From an uncultured bacterium (GTDB lineage Bacteria; Zixibacteria; MSB-5A5; CAIYYT01), in the NCBI GenBank assembly GCA_963726455.1, contig CAVSCK010000004.1:1-64000 (forward strand): a DNA stretch of 64,000 nt, read 5' to 3'. The translations under genes were made by a program, and so were the position numbers. The notes under the pieces were generated by a model. The model was not told where the DNA came from and ran no database searches. It saw only the letters and a list, made by a program, of their open reading frames with translations. Of this stretch, positions 49,995 through 60,876 are shown one piece after another (the first letter of the stretch is position 1; every line of letters starts with the position of its first letter).

Positions 49995-52121
49995 ATGCAG
50001 AGAATCGCAATCCTCTGGGTGTGGGCAACTCTAATCCTGGCTGCCGTCGCCACAGCTAGTCTCATGGCCTCAGCCAATAAGATCACCTATCCTTCGACGC
50101 GCACGGTCAATGTAATCGACACACTCCACGGTGTGCCGGTTGCTGATCCGTATCGCTGGCTGGAACCGAGCGACAGCCCCGAGGTGGGCAAGTGGACGGA
50201 CCAGGAAAACGCTTTGACGCGCAGTCTGTTGGATGCACAGCCGTCGCGTGAAAAGATCAAGGAACGCATTAAGGAGTTGTGGGACTACCCGCGTACATCT
50301 GCTCCCGCCAGGTATGGCAAGCGGTATTTCTTCTCCAAGAATAGCGGCCTACAGAACCAGGCAGTGCTCTATGTCAGGGACGGCCTTGACGGCGAACCAA
50401 AAGTGCTGATTGACCCGAACACTTTTTCCACCGACGGCACATTGGCGATGGATTGGAAATACATCTCGTACGACGGTTCCATGATCGCCTATGGAGTTTC
50501 GGCGTCCGGTTCGGAAGATGCAACTCTCAGAGTCATGAATGTGAATACAGGCGAGGTTTTGCCACTGGAGATCACGCGCTGCAAATACGCATCCGTTGCC
50601 TGGGAGAAGGATAACAGCGGATTTTTCTACACGCGTTTGCCCATATTGGGCACCGTTGCGTCGGGAGATGAGAATTATCATCAGCGCTTGTATTATCACA
50701 AGATGGGGACTGAGCTGTCGGCGGATTCGCTGGTCTACGAGCGTCCTGAACAGAAGGAGCTGGGAATCGGCGTGGGGATGTCGGAGGACTATCGCTATTT
50801 GATCATTCAAGTTTACGCCGGTACCGGTCAGACGAACGAAGTCTATTATATGGACCTGACCAAGCGAGATGGCATTCAGCCGATAGTCACCGGTTTCAAG
50901 AGTTCCTATACTTGTCAGATTGCTGACGACAAGATCTACATCCACACGCGGGAGAATGCGCCCAACTTCAAGGTGATGGTCGCCGACATGAGCGATCCGC
51001 GCCAGGGGAACTGGAAAGAACTGATACCTGAAGGAGCGGACGCGTTGCAGGATGTGCGACTGATCAATCATAGTCTGGTATTGCAGTATCTCCACAACGC
51101 CTACTCAATTCTCAGAGTGCACGGACTCGACGGCAAACAGATTTCGGAAATACCACTTCCGACCATGGGCGACGTCAGCGGTGTGTCAGGCAGATGGGAC
51201 GATCCGCTGATGTTCTTCGGATTCAGTTCGTTTGCCTATGCGCCAACCATCATGAAGTATGACATGCGTGATGGAAAACCGGTCATCTACGAGCAGTCGC
51301 CGGTGAAGTTCGATCCGGAGTTGTATGAGACCAAGCAAGTGTGGTATCCCTCGAAAGACGGCACCAAGATTTCAATGTTCATTATCAGCAAGAAGGGACT
51401 GAAGCTTGACGGCAACAATCCGACGCTGCTCTATGGATATGGCGGGTTTTCGATAAACATGACACCATACTTCAGCGCCACTCTGTTGCTGTGGCTCGAT
51501 CACGGTGGTGTCTACGCCCTGACGAATTTGCGGGGTGGAAACGAATACGGCGAGAATTGGCACCAGGCAGGAATGCTCGCCAAGAAGCAGAACGTGTTCG
51601 ATGACTTTATAGCCGCGGCGGAGTGGTTAATTGCCAACAAATATACCAGCAAGGAAAAGCTTGCCATCGAAGGCGCCAGCAATGGTGGCCTTTTGGTGGG
51701 CGCCGTTATGGTGCAGCGTCCCGATCTGTTCAAGGCGGTGATCTGTGATGTGCCGTTGCTCGACATGATTCGCTATCAACTGTTCTTGATCGCCCGCTTC
51801 TGGGTGCCGGAATATGGCTCTTCAGAAGATTCCAGCCAACTCAAGTATTTGCTGGCGTACTCACCTTACCACAACATCAAGAAGGGCGTGTCCTATCCGG
51901 CGACGCTGATCAAGGCAGGGGAATCCGATGGCCGGGTTGATCCAGCGCATGCCCGCAAATTTGCAGCGGCTCTGCAGTCAGCCAACGGAGGCACAAACCC
52001 CGCTCTGCTATTAATTGAACGCAAAGCCGGACATGGACAGGGCAAGCCGATCGGGATGCAGATGGACGACGTAGCCGACACCTGGAGTTTCCTGTTCTGG
52101 CAACTGGGAATGCAGTTCTAG
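49995..52121 (+). CDS. Prolyl oligopeptidase (S9A), exported
   Basis: DPYRWLE, LYGYGGF, RGG.EYG..WH.AG, GASNGGLL (nucleophile), D.RV...H, GHG.GK. Confidence 0.96.
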   Translation: MQRIAILWVWATLILAAVATASLMASANKITYPSTRTVNVIDTLHGVPVADPYRWLEPSDSPEVGKWTDQENALTRSLLDAQPSREKIKERIKELWDYPRTSAPARYGKRYFFSKNSGLQNQAVLYVRDGLDGEPKVLIDPNTFSTDGTLAMDWKYISYDGSMIAYGVSASGSEDATLRVMNVNTGEVLPLEITRCKYASVAWEKDNSGFFYTRLPILGTVASGDENYHQRLYYHKMGTELSADSLVYERPEQKELGIGVGMSEDYRYLIIQVYAGTGQTNEVYYMDLTKRDGIQPIVTGFKSSYTCQIADDKIYIHTRENAPNFKVMVADMSDPRQGNWKELIPEGADALQDVRLINHSLVLQYLHNAYSILRVHGLDGKQISEIPLPTMGDVSGVSGRWDDPLMFFGFSSFAYAPTIMKYDMRDGKPVIYEQSPVKFDPELYETKQVWYPSKDGTKISMFIISKKGLKLDGNNPTLLYGYGGFSINMTPYFSATLLLWLDHGGVYALTNLRGGNEYGENWHQAGMLAKKQNVFDDFIAAAEWLIANKYTSKEKLAIEGASNGGLLVGAVMVQRPDLFKAVICDVPLLDMIRYQLFLIARFWVPEYGSSEDSSQLKYLLAYSPYHNIKKGVSYPATLIKAGESDGRVDPAHARKFAAALQSANGGTNPALLLIERKAGHGQGKPIGMQMDDVADTWSFLFWQLGMQF

Positions 52122-52245
52122 TAGCTGCAATTCTCAGGTCATCAGAGGAATTTTCACGGAATTGCCTCCCACAAATCAGCGCGGGCACCGACCCCACCCT
52201 AAGCCGTTGCCTGCGCTATAGTACCATGAAGCCAAAAAGAGAAAG

Positions 52246-52524
52246 CTAGAAATTGACCGGCAGGTCGTATTCGGCCGCAAGCAATCTCGCCTTCGAGATT
52301 TCGATAAACGGATTGTCGCTTATCTTGGTCACGTACAGTTGTTCGTTTGCGGACATGCTGATCAGCGGCGAACGACCAATCTTGATGCCATCTTCTGGAA
52401 CGCGGAGCAGATGCCCGCTCCAATTGCACACGTACGTCCCGGGCTCGTTTATGGAATGGAACAGCGTCTGAGTGCCAAATCCCCTCGTTCCTTGCTGGAC
52501 ATCACCGGGTGTTTCCATCGACAT
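52246..52524 (-). CDS. Small hypothetical protein (PGTYVCNWSGHLLRVPED motif)
   Basis: 92 aa from ATG 52524 with RBS AAGGAG and an upstream sigma54 promoter. Confidence 0.75.
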   Translation of the reverse strand: MSMETPGDVQQGTRGFGTQTLFHSINEPGTYVCNWSGHLLRVPEDGIKIGRSPLISMSANEQLYVTKISDNPFIEISKARLLAAEYDLPVNF

Positions 52525-52602
52525 AACAACTTCTCCTTGTTGGTGAAGACCTACTTCGGCTCCATGACCACATGGAACCTCTTTCTTACGTTTAGTTGTT
52601 AA

Positions 52603-52618
52603 TGCAAGCTGCGTGCCG
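52603..52618 (-). promoter_or_regulatory. sigma54 (-24/-12) promoter
   Basis: Minus strand CGGCACG-CAGC-TTGCA matches TGGCACG-N4-TTGCW with correct GG/GC spacing. Confidence 0.8.
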
Positions 52619-52808
52619 AGGCTCACAATACTGGACAGACTCTGAAAAGAAGCTGTCTCGACAACGATTCCCCTTGGGGCACACACGATTGCGAAGCCAT
52701 GTTGATGTCGTAGTCGGTCTCGCTTCGCCGAGCAGTTGCCATCAAGTTCGAATTTTCACGAGGCAGAAATCCACATGGGGCGGATCACCACGCCACAACC
52801 GGAGGTTT

Positions 52809-54170
52809 TCAGCTCTTGGGTAGGTACTTGTCGAGTTTGCGATAGAGGGTCTTGCGGTCAAAGCCAAGGATGCGGCTGGCCAGGGTTTTGTTTCCCTGCA
52901 CCGAATCCATAACCCGCAGGACATACCGGCGTTCAACTTCTTCCATGGACACCAACTCGGAGGGATTGCTGCTAGCCAACAATACGTCGGAAGAATGGTA
53001 CGATCTGATTTTGCTGGGCAGATCTTCGACGGTAAGCAGGTTGTACTGCGTCATTGCGACTGCACGCTCGATGCAGTTCTGCAGTTCCCGCACATTTCCC
53101 GGCCAGGTATAGGATTGCAGCTTCTCGGCGGCGCCGCCGGACAGGCCCTCGATGTTCTTGCCCATCTTCTGTCCGAAATGCTTGATAAAATACTGTGCCA
53201 GCAACAGAACATCGATTCCGCGGGCGCGCAGGGGCGGAACTTCGATGGAGATTACGTTGATACGAAAGAACAGATCGCCGCGAAAACGTCCTTCCTCGAC
53301 GGCGCTTTCCAAATCGCAATTGGTCGCAGCGATGATTCTCGCATCGAATTCGATTTCGGAGTTGTCGCCGACGGGACGTACACGGCGTTCTTGCAGTGCC
53401 CTCAGCAATTTGGGCTGCAATCCAAACGGCATATTGCCAATTTCATCGAGGAAGAGCGTCCCTCCATCGGCCTGTTGGAAGAGACCCTTGTGTTCGAGTT
53501 TGGCATCGGTGAAGGCGCCTTTGGCGTGCCCGAACAACTCGCTTTCCAGAAGCGGCTCCGGCATGGCTGCGCAGTTTATGGCGATAAACGGGCGATTGCC
53601 ACGACGACTGCGTTTATGCAGCGCCCGGGCGACCAATTCCTTGCCGGTACCGGTCTCGCCGGTGATCAGGACGGATGTCTCCGTGTCCGCAACATGTTCG
53701 ATCATATCATAGAGCCGTTTCATGCCGGCGCTGTCGCCGATGATTTCATCCGGCCGACGGGCGGCTTCCACGGCCAGACGCAAGCGTTTCACCTCGGATG
53801 AGAGTACCCGGTGCTGGACGGCGCGATCGAGAGCCAGGGCGAGTTCCTCAATTTCGAATGGCTTGGTGATGAAATCGTAGGCGCCGGCGCGTATCGAGGC
53901 CACGGCGGTATCGAAGTTGCCGAAGGCCGTAATAACCACCACCGGCACATCGCGCCGATTGGACATAATGCGTTCGCAGAAAGTGATGCCGTTTGTACCC
54001 GGCATATTCAAGTCTGTAACTACAGCGTCGAAATTGTCGCGTTCCAAGACAGAAAATGCTTCTTCGACATTCGTGCGCCAGCAGGTGCTGAACTCGCGCT
54101 TCTTCAGCCCGAGGTCAAGAATCTCGCACATGTCACGATCATCGTCGCAAATCAGAACATTACCCCTCAT
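52809..54170 (-). CDS. sigma54-dependent response regulator (NtrC/AtoC/ZraR family)
   Basis: REC domain, GETGTGKE, ESELFGH.KGAFTDA, WPGNVREL, Fis-type HTH. Confidence 0.96.
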   Translation of the reverse strand: MRGNVLICDDDRDMCEILDLGLKKREFSTCWRTNVEEAFSVLERDNFDAVVTDLNMPGTNGITFCERIMSNRRDVPVVVITAFGNFDTAVASIRAGAYDFITKPFEIEELALALDRAVQHRVLSSEVKRLRLAVEAARRPDEIIGDSAGMKRLYDMIEHVADTETSVLITGETGTGKELVARALHKRSRRGNRPFIAINCAAMPEPLLESELFGHAKGAFTDAKLEHKGLFQQADGGTLFLDEIGNMPFGLQPKLLRALQERRVRPVGDNSEIEFDARIIAATNCDLESAVEEGRFRGDLFFRINVISIEVPPLRARGIDVLLLAQYFIKHFGQKMGKNIEGLSGGAAEKLQSYTWPGNVRELQNCIERAVAMTQYNLLTVEDLPSKIRSYHSSDVLLASSNPSELVSMEEVERRYVLRVMDSVQGNKTLASRILGFDRKTLYRKLDKYLPKS

Positions 54171-55621
54171 ACCTGTGACTCCTGAGGAAGAAAGACCGTG
54201 AAGGTAGTGCCGACGCCAAGCCGGCTCTCGACATCAATCCAACCGCTATGCTCGTGCACGATGTCCTCTGAAATCGAAAGTCCAAGACCGGTTCCGCCTT
54301 CATTGCCTTTGGTCGTGAAGAAAGGATTGAACAACCGTTTGAGGTTCTCCTCCGAGATACCTATTCCTTCGTCTCTTACATATACGCAAGCGAAGCGCGT
54401 GGCGAGACTGCGATTACCGGACGGAGGCGCCGATTCTTCGCGGCAGATGCCGACGTTGATTTTGCCCCCCTCGGGCATCGCCTCGATAGCATTGATTATC
54501 AGGTTGGAAAGCACTTGTTGAATCTGGTCGGTGTCAACGTCCACCATAGCAGGGTCATCGCCCGGGTTGAATTGAATGTTTATGCCCCGACTCTGCGCCA
54601 GCGGGCTGAGCACCGAAACGACTTCCCGAACCACGGTGGTCAAATCGATTCTCATAACTTTGGGAGCGCGGCGCCGGGCCGAGTTCAAGAGCTGTCCGAT
54701 TATGGACGTCATGCGACTCGCCTGATTGATAATCACCCGGTTGCTTTCACAAGCTTCCTCGCCCTCAATTTCCCCGTTGGCAATCATCTTGGAACGTGCC
54801 AGAATGACATTGAGAGGTGTCCCCAACTCGTGGGCAATCACCGAGGCAAGTTTGCCGATTGTTGTCAGACGATTAACGTGCCGTAGCTGCGCGATCGTCA
54901 TCTGGTGAGCGGACGTTTCTTCCTCAACACGCTGATAGGCGCTCGCAAGCTGATTGCTCATCTTCCTCAACTCCACAGCGAGTTCACCGAATTCGTCGTT
55001 ACTCGATATGGCGATATCGCTGGAAAGGTTTCCGACCGCGACTTGCCGCGCCTTGGAGATAAGAGTCTTGACCGGTCGGCCGACCATCCAGGTGCTGAGC
55101 AGCATGGCGATTATCCCTGACACGATACCGACAAGAATCATAGCCACCAGCGTGATGTAGGTGCTGGTGCGAATGACATGCGCCTCTTCGAGCGGAGATT
55201 CGGCAAGTTCTATCGTGCCCAGATGCCTGCCGTCCAGAACCACGGGAACGCGGGTAAACAGCCGTTGAATGGCGCTGTCCGATCGCATTGGCCATGGAAT
55301 CCCGAGGCCGGGCACTTCAGTATGGCTTGCGTTTTCAGAACTGCTGTCGCCGGCGATGGACGGGCTTGGCACCCACAGAATCGTCACTCGGTCACTGTTC
55401 CTGGATATTTGGTCGAAGAACGATCGGACACCCGCCTCACCCGAGAGTTGCCATACAGTCTCTACTGCGGTCGCCAATTGCTGGCCTATCAGGGTATTAT
55501 CACGGACGATGTCGGCGCGCAGGAAGGTCTGTTCGTGTTCAATCGCAAGAAAAGCAGCCAGACCGCAAATGATCCACATTCCCGCCACAATCACAACTGC
55601 AAATCGATACGCTAGCTTCAT
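54167..55621 (-). CDS. HAMP-domain sensor histidine kinase
   Basis: 2 TM segments, HAMP, AHELGTPL, NL.INA.EAM, D.G.GI, FFTTK..GTGLGL. Confidence 0.95.
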   Translation of the reverse strand: MKLAYRFAVVIVAGMWIICGLAAFLAIEHEQTFLRADIVRDNTLIGQQLATAVETVWQLSGEAGVRSFFDQISRNSDRVTILWVPSPSIAGDSSSENASHTEVPGLGIPWPMRSDSAIQRLFTRVPVVLDGRHLGTIELAESPLEEAHVIRTSTYITLVAMILVGIVSGIIAMLLSTWMVGRPVKTLISKARQVAVGNLSSDIAISSNDEFGELAVELRKMSNQLASAYQRVEEETSAHQMTIAQLRHVNRLTTIGKLASVIAHELGTPLNVILARSKMIANGEIEGEEACESNRVIINQASRMTSIIGQLLNSARRRAPKVMRIDLTTVVREVVSVLSPLAQSRGINIQFNPGDDPAMVDVDTDQIQQVLSNLIINAIEAMPEGGKINVGICREESAPPSGNRSLATRFACVYVRDEGIGISEENLKRLFNPFFTTKGNEGGTGLGLSISEDIVHEHSGWIDVESRLGVGTTFTVFLPQESQV

Positions 55622-55899
55622 GACACGCTGGTTTTCGAAGAGCCAAATGAATTACGTCAGCGAGCAACTTAATCTCGGACGCCGGAGTGAGAAAGACGAC
55701 GCCCATGCAATACGCGGACCCGAGCAGTTATGATTCCGCTGAAGCTCGGATTCCTTTACAATACGAATTGAGTCGGGTTTCCGATTGCTTCCTTGCTGCT
55801 GAGGTGCCGGTAGTGATCGCGGATGATTCTAGGAGAGAACCTCGACATCCGGAATCTATTACGGGGAAAACATGGGGTCTGCGGTTGAAGCAATTCAGG

Positions 55900-57489
55900 T
55901 TACCGGGCTTTCGCCCAAAGGCGGCGGTCTTCGACCCGCCGAAATATCGAGATCAGCGAGTCCGTCTCCCTATCCGACAGAAACATCCTCGCTCCTTTGG
56001 GATTTTCAGCGAACACGTCGACGGTTCGTACTAAGTAGTCGAAATAAGTCGCATCTTTCACAGCCCTAAATGCAGCGTTGTTGACCAGGCAGTCGAGATT
56101 CGTCACCGTGATACCTGAGTGGGGTAATGCGACCCAGGCAAGTGCGCCTGCATTGAAGGCGCCTACAACTGCCCCATCGGGATAAAGTAATGTGATCTCA
56201 TCGATTGTAGCACCCGGCCCCTTGTCAAGGCGCTCAGATCGGAAGGGCAGACGAAACAGAGCCAGAACGTAGAGTACCACGCAGAGCGCCACGATCGAGG
56301 CTGGGAACGTCCTTCTCAACACTGCCGGAAAGCGCGTATCTGCAACAAGCGACGGGAATGTCAATCCCATAATCATGCACAGGCAGGCCAGATAGGGTTG
56401 GCTATACCAGGTTGCATATGAACGGAACACGAAGCCCAGAATCAATGTGTGAACCAGCATTAAGAGAAGAAGCAAGGTCAGGAGATGTAGTCCGCCAGCG
56501 GTTCGTAGCCGATCAATGATATTTCGCTTCGCGAGAATGAAAGGTAACGCGATAGCGCCAATGGCCGACGCCGTCACAATAATTGACAACAAAGGTGATA
56601 TAAACTCTTCGCCCGAAATCCACCTCAATGGCCAAAACAGTGGGACAATGGCTGGATAAAATATCGTCTTGGCAATTCCTTGGGCACTCGACCAATCCAT
56701 CGGGAGCGAGCCATAGATGTTGCTGGCGTAAAACTTGACCTGTCCCGATACCTGAAGGGGGCTGCCGAATTTGGCCACATTCCAGATAAACCATGGTGCA
56801 GCAACCAAGAACGCTACAGTGCCTGCTATTGCTGCCTGTGACAGCTTACGGAAGAACCGTCCATGTCCTAATCCGTTGGTCAGCAGCAAAAATAACGGAA
56901 ACAGAGAACCCAGAATAACGAGGTTGTCAGTACGAGCCCAGCCGGCCGCTCCGATTGCGATGCCGACTAGAATGGCAGCAGTCCGGGATCGGCTCTCCGG
57001 CCCATCAACAGAGCGAATCACGAGTCGGAGGAATATCAGAGTCAGGAGCGTGCTCAGTGAGGCTTCAGTTCCTCTTAGAGAAACAAAGACCGTAAATGGT
57101 GAGACAAACCAGATTGCTGCGGCGACCAGCGCTTCACGCTTCATTCCGGCCGATTGAAGCATTTTGAAGATGATGATTCCCGAAAAGAGATCGAGGATGG
57201 CTGAAAGGGTCAATGCCATGCGCACCGGCGCCCAAATGTCGGCATTGACGATGCCGAACACCGGCACCAGAATCGCTGTCCAAAGTGGATGGTATCCGTT
57301 GGTAGCCGCGAGGCGATCAAACGTAGAGCCGAACCCGTGCGCTATATTGTCGGCGATTTTGAAGTAGTAATATGAATCGTCTGCAACCAGAGTTCCCTCG
57401 GCAAGACCTGTCCAAACGAAGTACAGGCGAAGCAAAATGCCGACTGCTCCTGCCAGCCAGAGTAACGACCTATCGTTCAATTGTCGCAT
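55900..57489 (-). CDS. Polytopic membrane glycosyltransferase-like protein (GT-C/ArnT-PMT-like)
   Basis: DDSYYY..IA.N...G.G.TFD....TNGYHPLW first loop, G.E, AR.D, many TM segments. Confidence 0.75.
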   Translation of the reverse strand: MRQLNDRSLLWLAGAVGILLRLYFVWTGLAEGTLVADDSYYYFKIADNIAHGFGSTFDRLAATNGYHPLWTAILVPVFGIVNADIWAPVRMALTLSAILDLFSGIIIFKMLQSAGMKREALVAAAIWFVSPFTVFVSLRGTEASLSTLLTLIFLRLVIRSVDGPESRSRTAAILVGIAIGAAGWARTDNLVILGSLFPLFLLLTNGLGHGRFFRKLSQAAIAGTVAFLVAAPWFIWNVAKFGSPLQVSGQVKFYASNIYGSLPMDWSSAQGIAKTIFYPAIVPLFWPLRWISGEEFISPLLSIIVTASAIGAIALPFILAKRNIIDRLRTAGGLHLLTLLLLLMLVHTLILGFVFRSYATWYSQPYLACLCMIMGLTFPSLVADTRFPAVLRRTFPASIVALCVVLYVLALFRLPFRSERLDKGPGATIDEITLLYPDGAVVGAFNAGALAWVALPHSGITVTNLDCLVNNAAFRAVKDATYFDYLVRTVDVFAENPKGARMFLSDRETDSLISIFRRVEDRRLWAKAR

Positions 57490-57672
57490 ATGTTACCTCA
57501 CCCTTTATCTTCTGCGAACGTATCGAACGATTCAATATAGTCCTACGAGAGCTGATTATCAAGACCATAATCGTGGAACCGGTGCGGTACGATAGCTGGC
57601 GAGATATCCATATGAAAAGACGGTTGGAGACGATCAGGCAGGCGATCGCATCCGCAGCTTAGAAAGTCCTAC

Positions 57673-57706
57673 AAAAAAAGAGAGCGGGTGGCTTAGACCC
57701 GCTCTC
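57673..57706 (-). terminator. Rho-independent terminator
   Basis: Minus strand GAGAGCGGGT-loop-ACCCGCTCTC followed by T7. Confidence 0.85.
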
Positions 57707-57731
57707 CGAATGATGTATCCGTGAAGTAGGA

Positions 57732-60311
57732 TTACTTCATCAAGACCATCTTCTTGGTGTCGGTGAATGAACCGGCAGTAACTTTATAGAAGTAGATACC
57801 GCTAGCAGCATTCGACGCATCCCAAGTGACCTCTACGTGGCCAATGTTCGTTCCGTTATAGCTCTGAACCAGCTGACCATTTACGTTGTAAATGTCAATC
57901 TTCCAGTCGGTGAGACTGGCAGATCCAATCCGATCTTGGTGGTCGGGTTGAACGGGTTCGGGATGTTCTGAGACAGCGAGAACTGTGTCGGAAGCGCGGT
58001 CTTCTCAACACGAGTATTCATCAGGTTACCGTAGTAATCGGAAACCTCGACGCTGTTCAGTTCGGCTCCAGTAACAGTCAGGAGCTCGTTAGTTCCGGCC
58101 GGAATGGCATTGCTCATGTTGGTCATACCAGAGTAGACCAGGACATTGAGCTTGTCACCAACCCGGTTGGACATGACTTCCATGTTGGTATGGTTGACAA
58201 CCGTGTAGTTACCCTTAACATCGAAGGTCAAGTACAGAGCGCCGATTGTCATCGGAGCTGCTGGTCGAAATCTTGTCGCCGAAAACGCTAATGTCAGCAT
58301 TAGCAGCTATACGGAGCAAGTTTCGCGTACGGAAGAGCATCACCAACGATGATTCTCAGCAAGTACACAAGTCACCAACCGACAACGGATTGCCATCGGC
58401 ATTAACGTCGGAAGCGGCAATCGCGCCTTGACGACCTAGCGGAGTTCGGTATCGGGAAGGCGGAGATGCCATACAGGAAGTACTTGGTGTACATAACCGC
58501 ATCAGCGATTTCGTTGGCGATACCGTTCAGGTTGATATCACCACGAGCATCAATCGAGTCGGCGCAGACGATATCAATACCACCGTCGTAGAAATCAACG
58601 ACAGTATCAGGATGAGTCTTCTGTGAAGGATCGATCATACAGTTGATCGCAGGAACGATTCCCTGCCATCCGCCGATACAGCGGATCGTGACCAGTAATG
58701 TCGCCTTCAGTATCGAAGCCCATCACCTGGCGAGCGATGAACAACGTGTCACCGGTGATCGACGAGAGGCCGTTGTCGCCGCAATCGAACCACGCGAAGT
58801 GGATCGGAACTTACATGCACTCAAAGGTACGGTCGTTGGTTACTAGGAATTTCAAAGTAGCCAAAGTACCATTGGTGACGTTCTGACCAAAGCAGGCCGC
58901 ATGGTGGGCACCGTTGTTCATGTCGGCAATAGCGTTCAAACGAACGAAGCCGGATGGACACGGACCACCGCAGTTGCCCTGTGCGCCAAAGCGGTAAGTG
59001 AAATACTCCCACTCGCACGTGGTCAGAATACTACCCATAGTAGCCTCGACAAAGGTCAGAGCTGATGCATCATAAGCGAGCAACAGGTCGTAACCGCCGA
59101 GACCTTCGGTCCAGTGCTTCAGGGTGATATCGACGAACTCATACTGTCCCTGGAGGGAAGCATGAGTCTTTTCGATCTCAACCTGGTAGGTCGGGGCAAC
59201 GTGAATATTGAACTGACAAGGAACAGTAGTGCAACCGTCAGTCACGTTGACAACAACCGTGAAGGTGCCGAGGTAGGAATCGTTTCCATACACCGTCGGC
59301 CAACTCCACACACCAGTAACCGGATCAATCGTAAACGTACCCGGGCCAGAGAAACTGACCAGGCTATACGCTAACGCTAATGGGCAATTGTCCGGATCGA
59401 CAGCAGTGACAGCGCCGTCCGCGGTCCAACCCCAGTATACGAACAATTCGGAACTGGGAGTCGGGCACTCGGTGAAGTGCGGTGCTGCAGAGGTCAAGCT
59501 GATTTCAAAATGGCACTGCGCAAATGCGCCGTACTCGTCAGTGACCTTGACATCGACTTCATGGAGACCGCAGATACCGGCAACTGCGGGCGGATCCCAT
59601 CTGTAAGCACCGGTAACGCCATCAATCTGGCCGGGACCAGTCACGATCGACCATGTGAGAGGAGCCACGCCGGTACGGCATGGCTGATCAGGATCAGTGG
59701 CCAGGAACGTCATAATTGACGATATCGCACGCATTATACAGCAACGCCTGAGTCGGGCAGTTGGTGATAGTCGGTGCGGTATTGAACACACGATAGGTAC
59801 CCGGAGTAACCGTTACCTGCGCTTCAGCAGCGCTCGTGTTGACAAACATCGTCTTGGCAATCACTGGATCCGGATCAATCATCCAATCACCGCCGTCTTC
59901 CATAACGAAAGCGCCGGTGTCACAGGACGTCGAAACCGTAAACGTAAAATTGTAAGTACCGGGAGCCATAATTACTGGCGTGCCACAGGCAAACCCGTAA
60001 ACACGGGTGGTATCTTCGGAGCCATTTCTAACCTTGGTGGTGTTAGCAACAGCGCCGGCTACCGCCGACACGTTAACTCCGGTAATGGTGCCAAAAGCGT
60101 TGGTGACGGTCGATCTGACTTTCGTCATCAGGTCGAAGGCCGCAATCTGCTCGTTGGTCACTACCTGAGCGGTAATTGTCTGACCGGTCTTATTATACGG
60201 AAAACTTGCATTTTGGTAAGTTACCGTTACAGCCGCGAATATTGAGCTAAACGAGAACAGAAGCATTGTGAACGTCAGCAAATAAAGTAACGAACGATCT
60301 TTTTGCCTCAT
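57732..60311 (-). CDS. Scaffoldin-like secreted protein: cohesin-like, 2 cadherin/Ig-like, cohesin-like, dockerin-like, T9SS CTD (interrupted by several indels and one TAA; sequencing error or pseudogene)
   Basis: Fragments 59694..60311, 58811..59791, 58402..58638, 57881..58300 and a last frame ending ASGIYFYKVTAGSFTDTKKMVLMK-stop at 57732. Motifs: GGYDLLLAYDASALTF (cohesin-like), RGDINLNG..EIADAV and SDVNADG (dockerin-like), QNxPNPFNP (T9SS CTD). Confidence 0.8.
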
Positions 60312-60600
60312 TACTATGCTCCTTAAAGTTTCAAACTGTTTCGAATCAGGAAAGCCACTTTCGATATTGTTTCACTTTTCCACCCTCGCTTACGTTCTCG
60401 AAAATGACTTCTTCCAAAGTCTTGCATCTCGCCGATCCCTCATAAGGACGGGCAACATGCGTTTTCAAATCACGTTGGAAATTTTTATGTAAGGGGTGTG
60501 CTGACTACAATAATGTGCTTACGCAACTAGTCAGAACCTGGCTCTTGTGAAGGATAAAGAAACTAAAACTTACTTGTACGACAAAACCCTAGACAGCCCC

Positions 60601-60628
60601 AATGTAAGCGATGGGGGAAAAATGTCAA
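60601..60628 (-). promoter_or_regulatory. sigma70 promoter of the scaffoldin-like gene
   Basis: TTGACA-N16-TACATT on the minus strand, ~290 nt upstream of ATG 60311. Confidence 0.6.
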
Positions 60629-60876
60629 GCGTATTCTTACGATTTCCCGGTACTTTTTGTCAACTGACGCGGCGCCACCGGCCTCCCTGGGGTTATCACT
60701 CCTAAAGTCCGGCTACGAGAGTCTTGAAATCCTCGCCAACAAAATGCGTCGCCGTCTCACTTAATATTAGGACTGAGCCCTGTGCTTCAATAAGACCGAC
60801 TCTCGCCTAAGCTCTGTCATGTGATATTAATGGCAATATGGCAATATGCACATTTATGCCATGAAATAGGAAGGAC

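Noticed and set aside
60630-60870. Possible ncRNA (6S, SRP or tRNA-like) in this and other intergenic gaps such as 38700-39100
   Set aside because: No cloverleaf, SRP loop or other diagnostic motif could be identified by eye; an Rfam scan would be needed.
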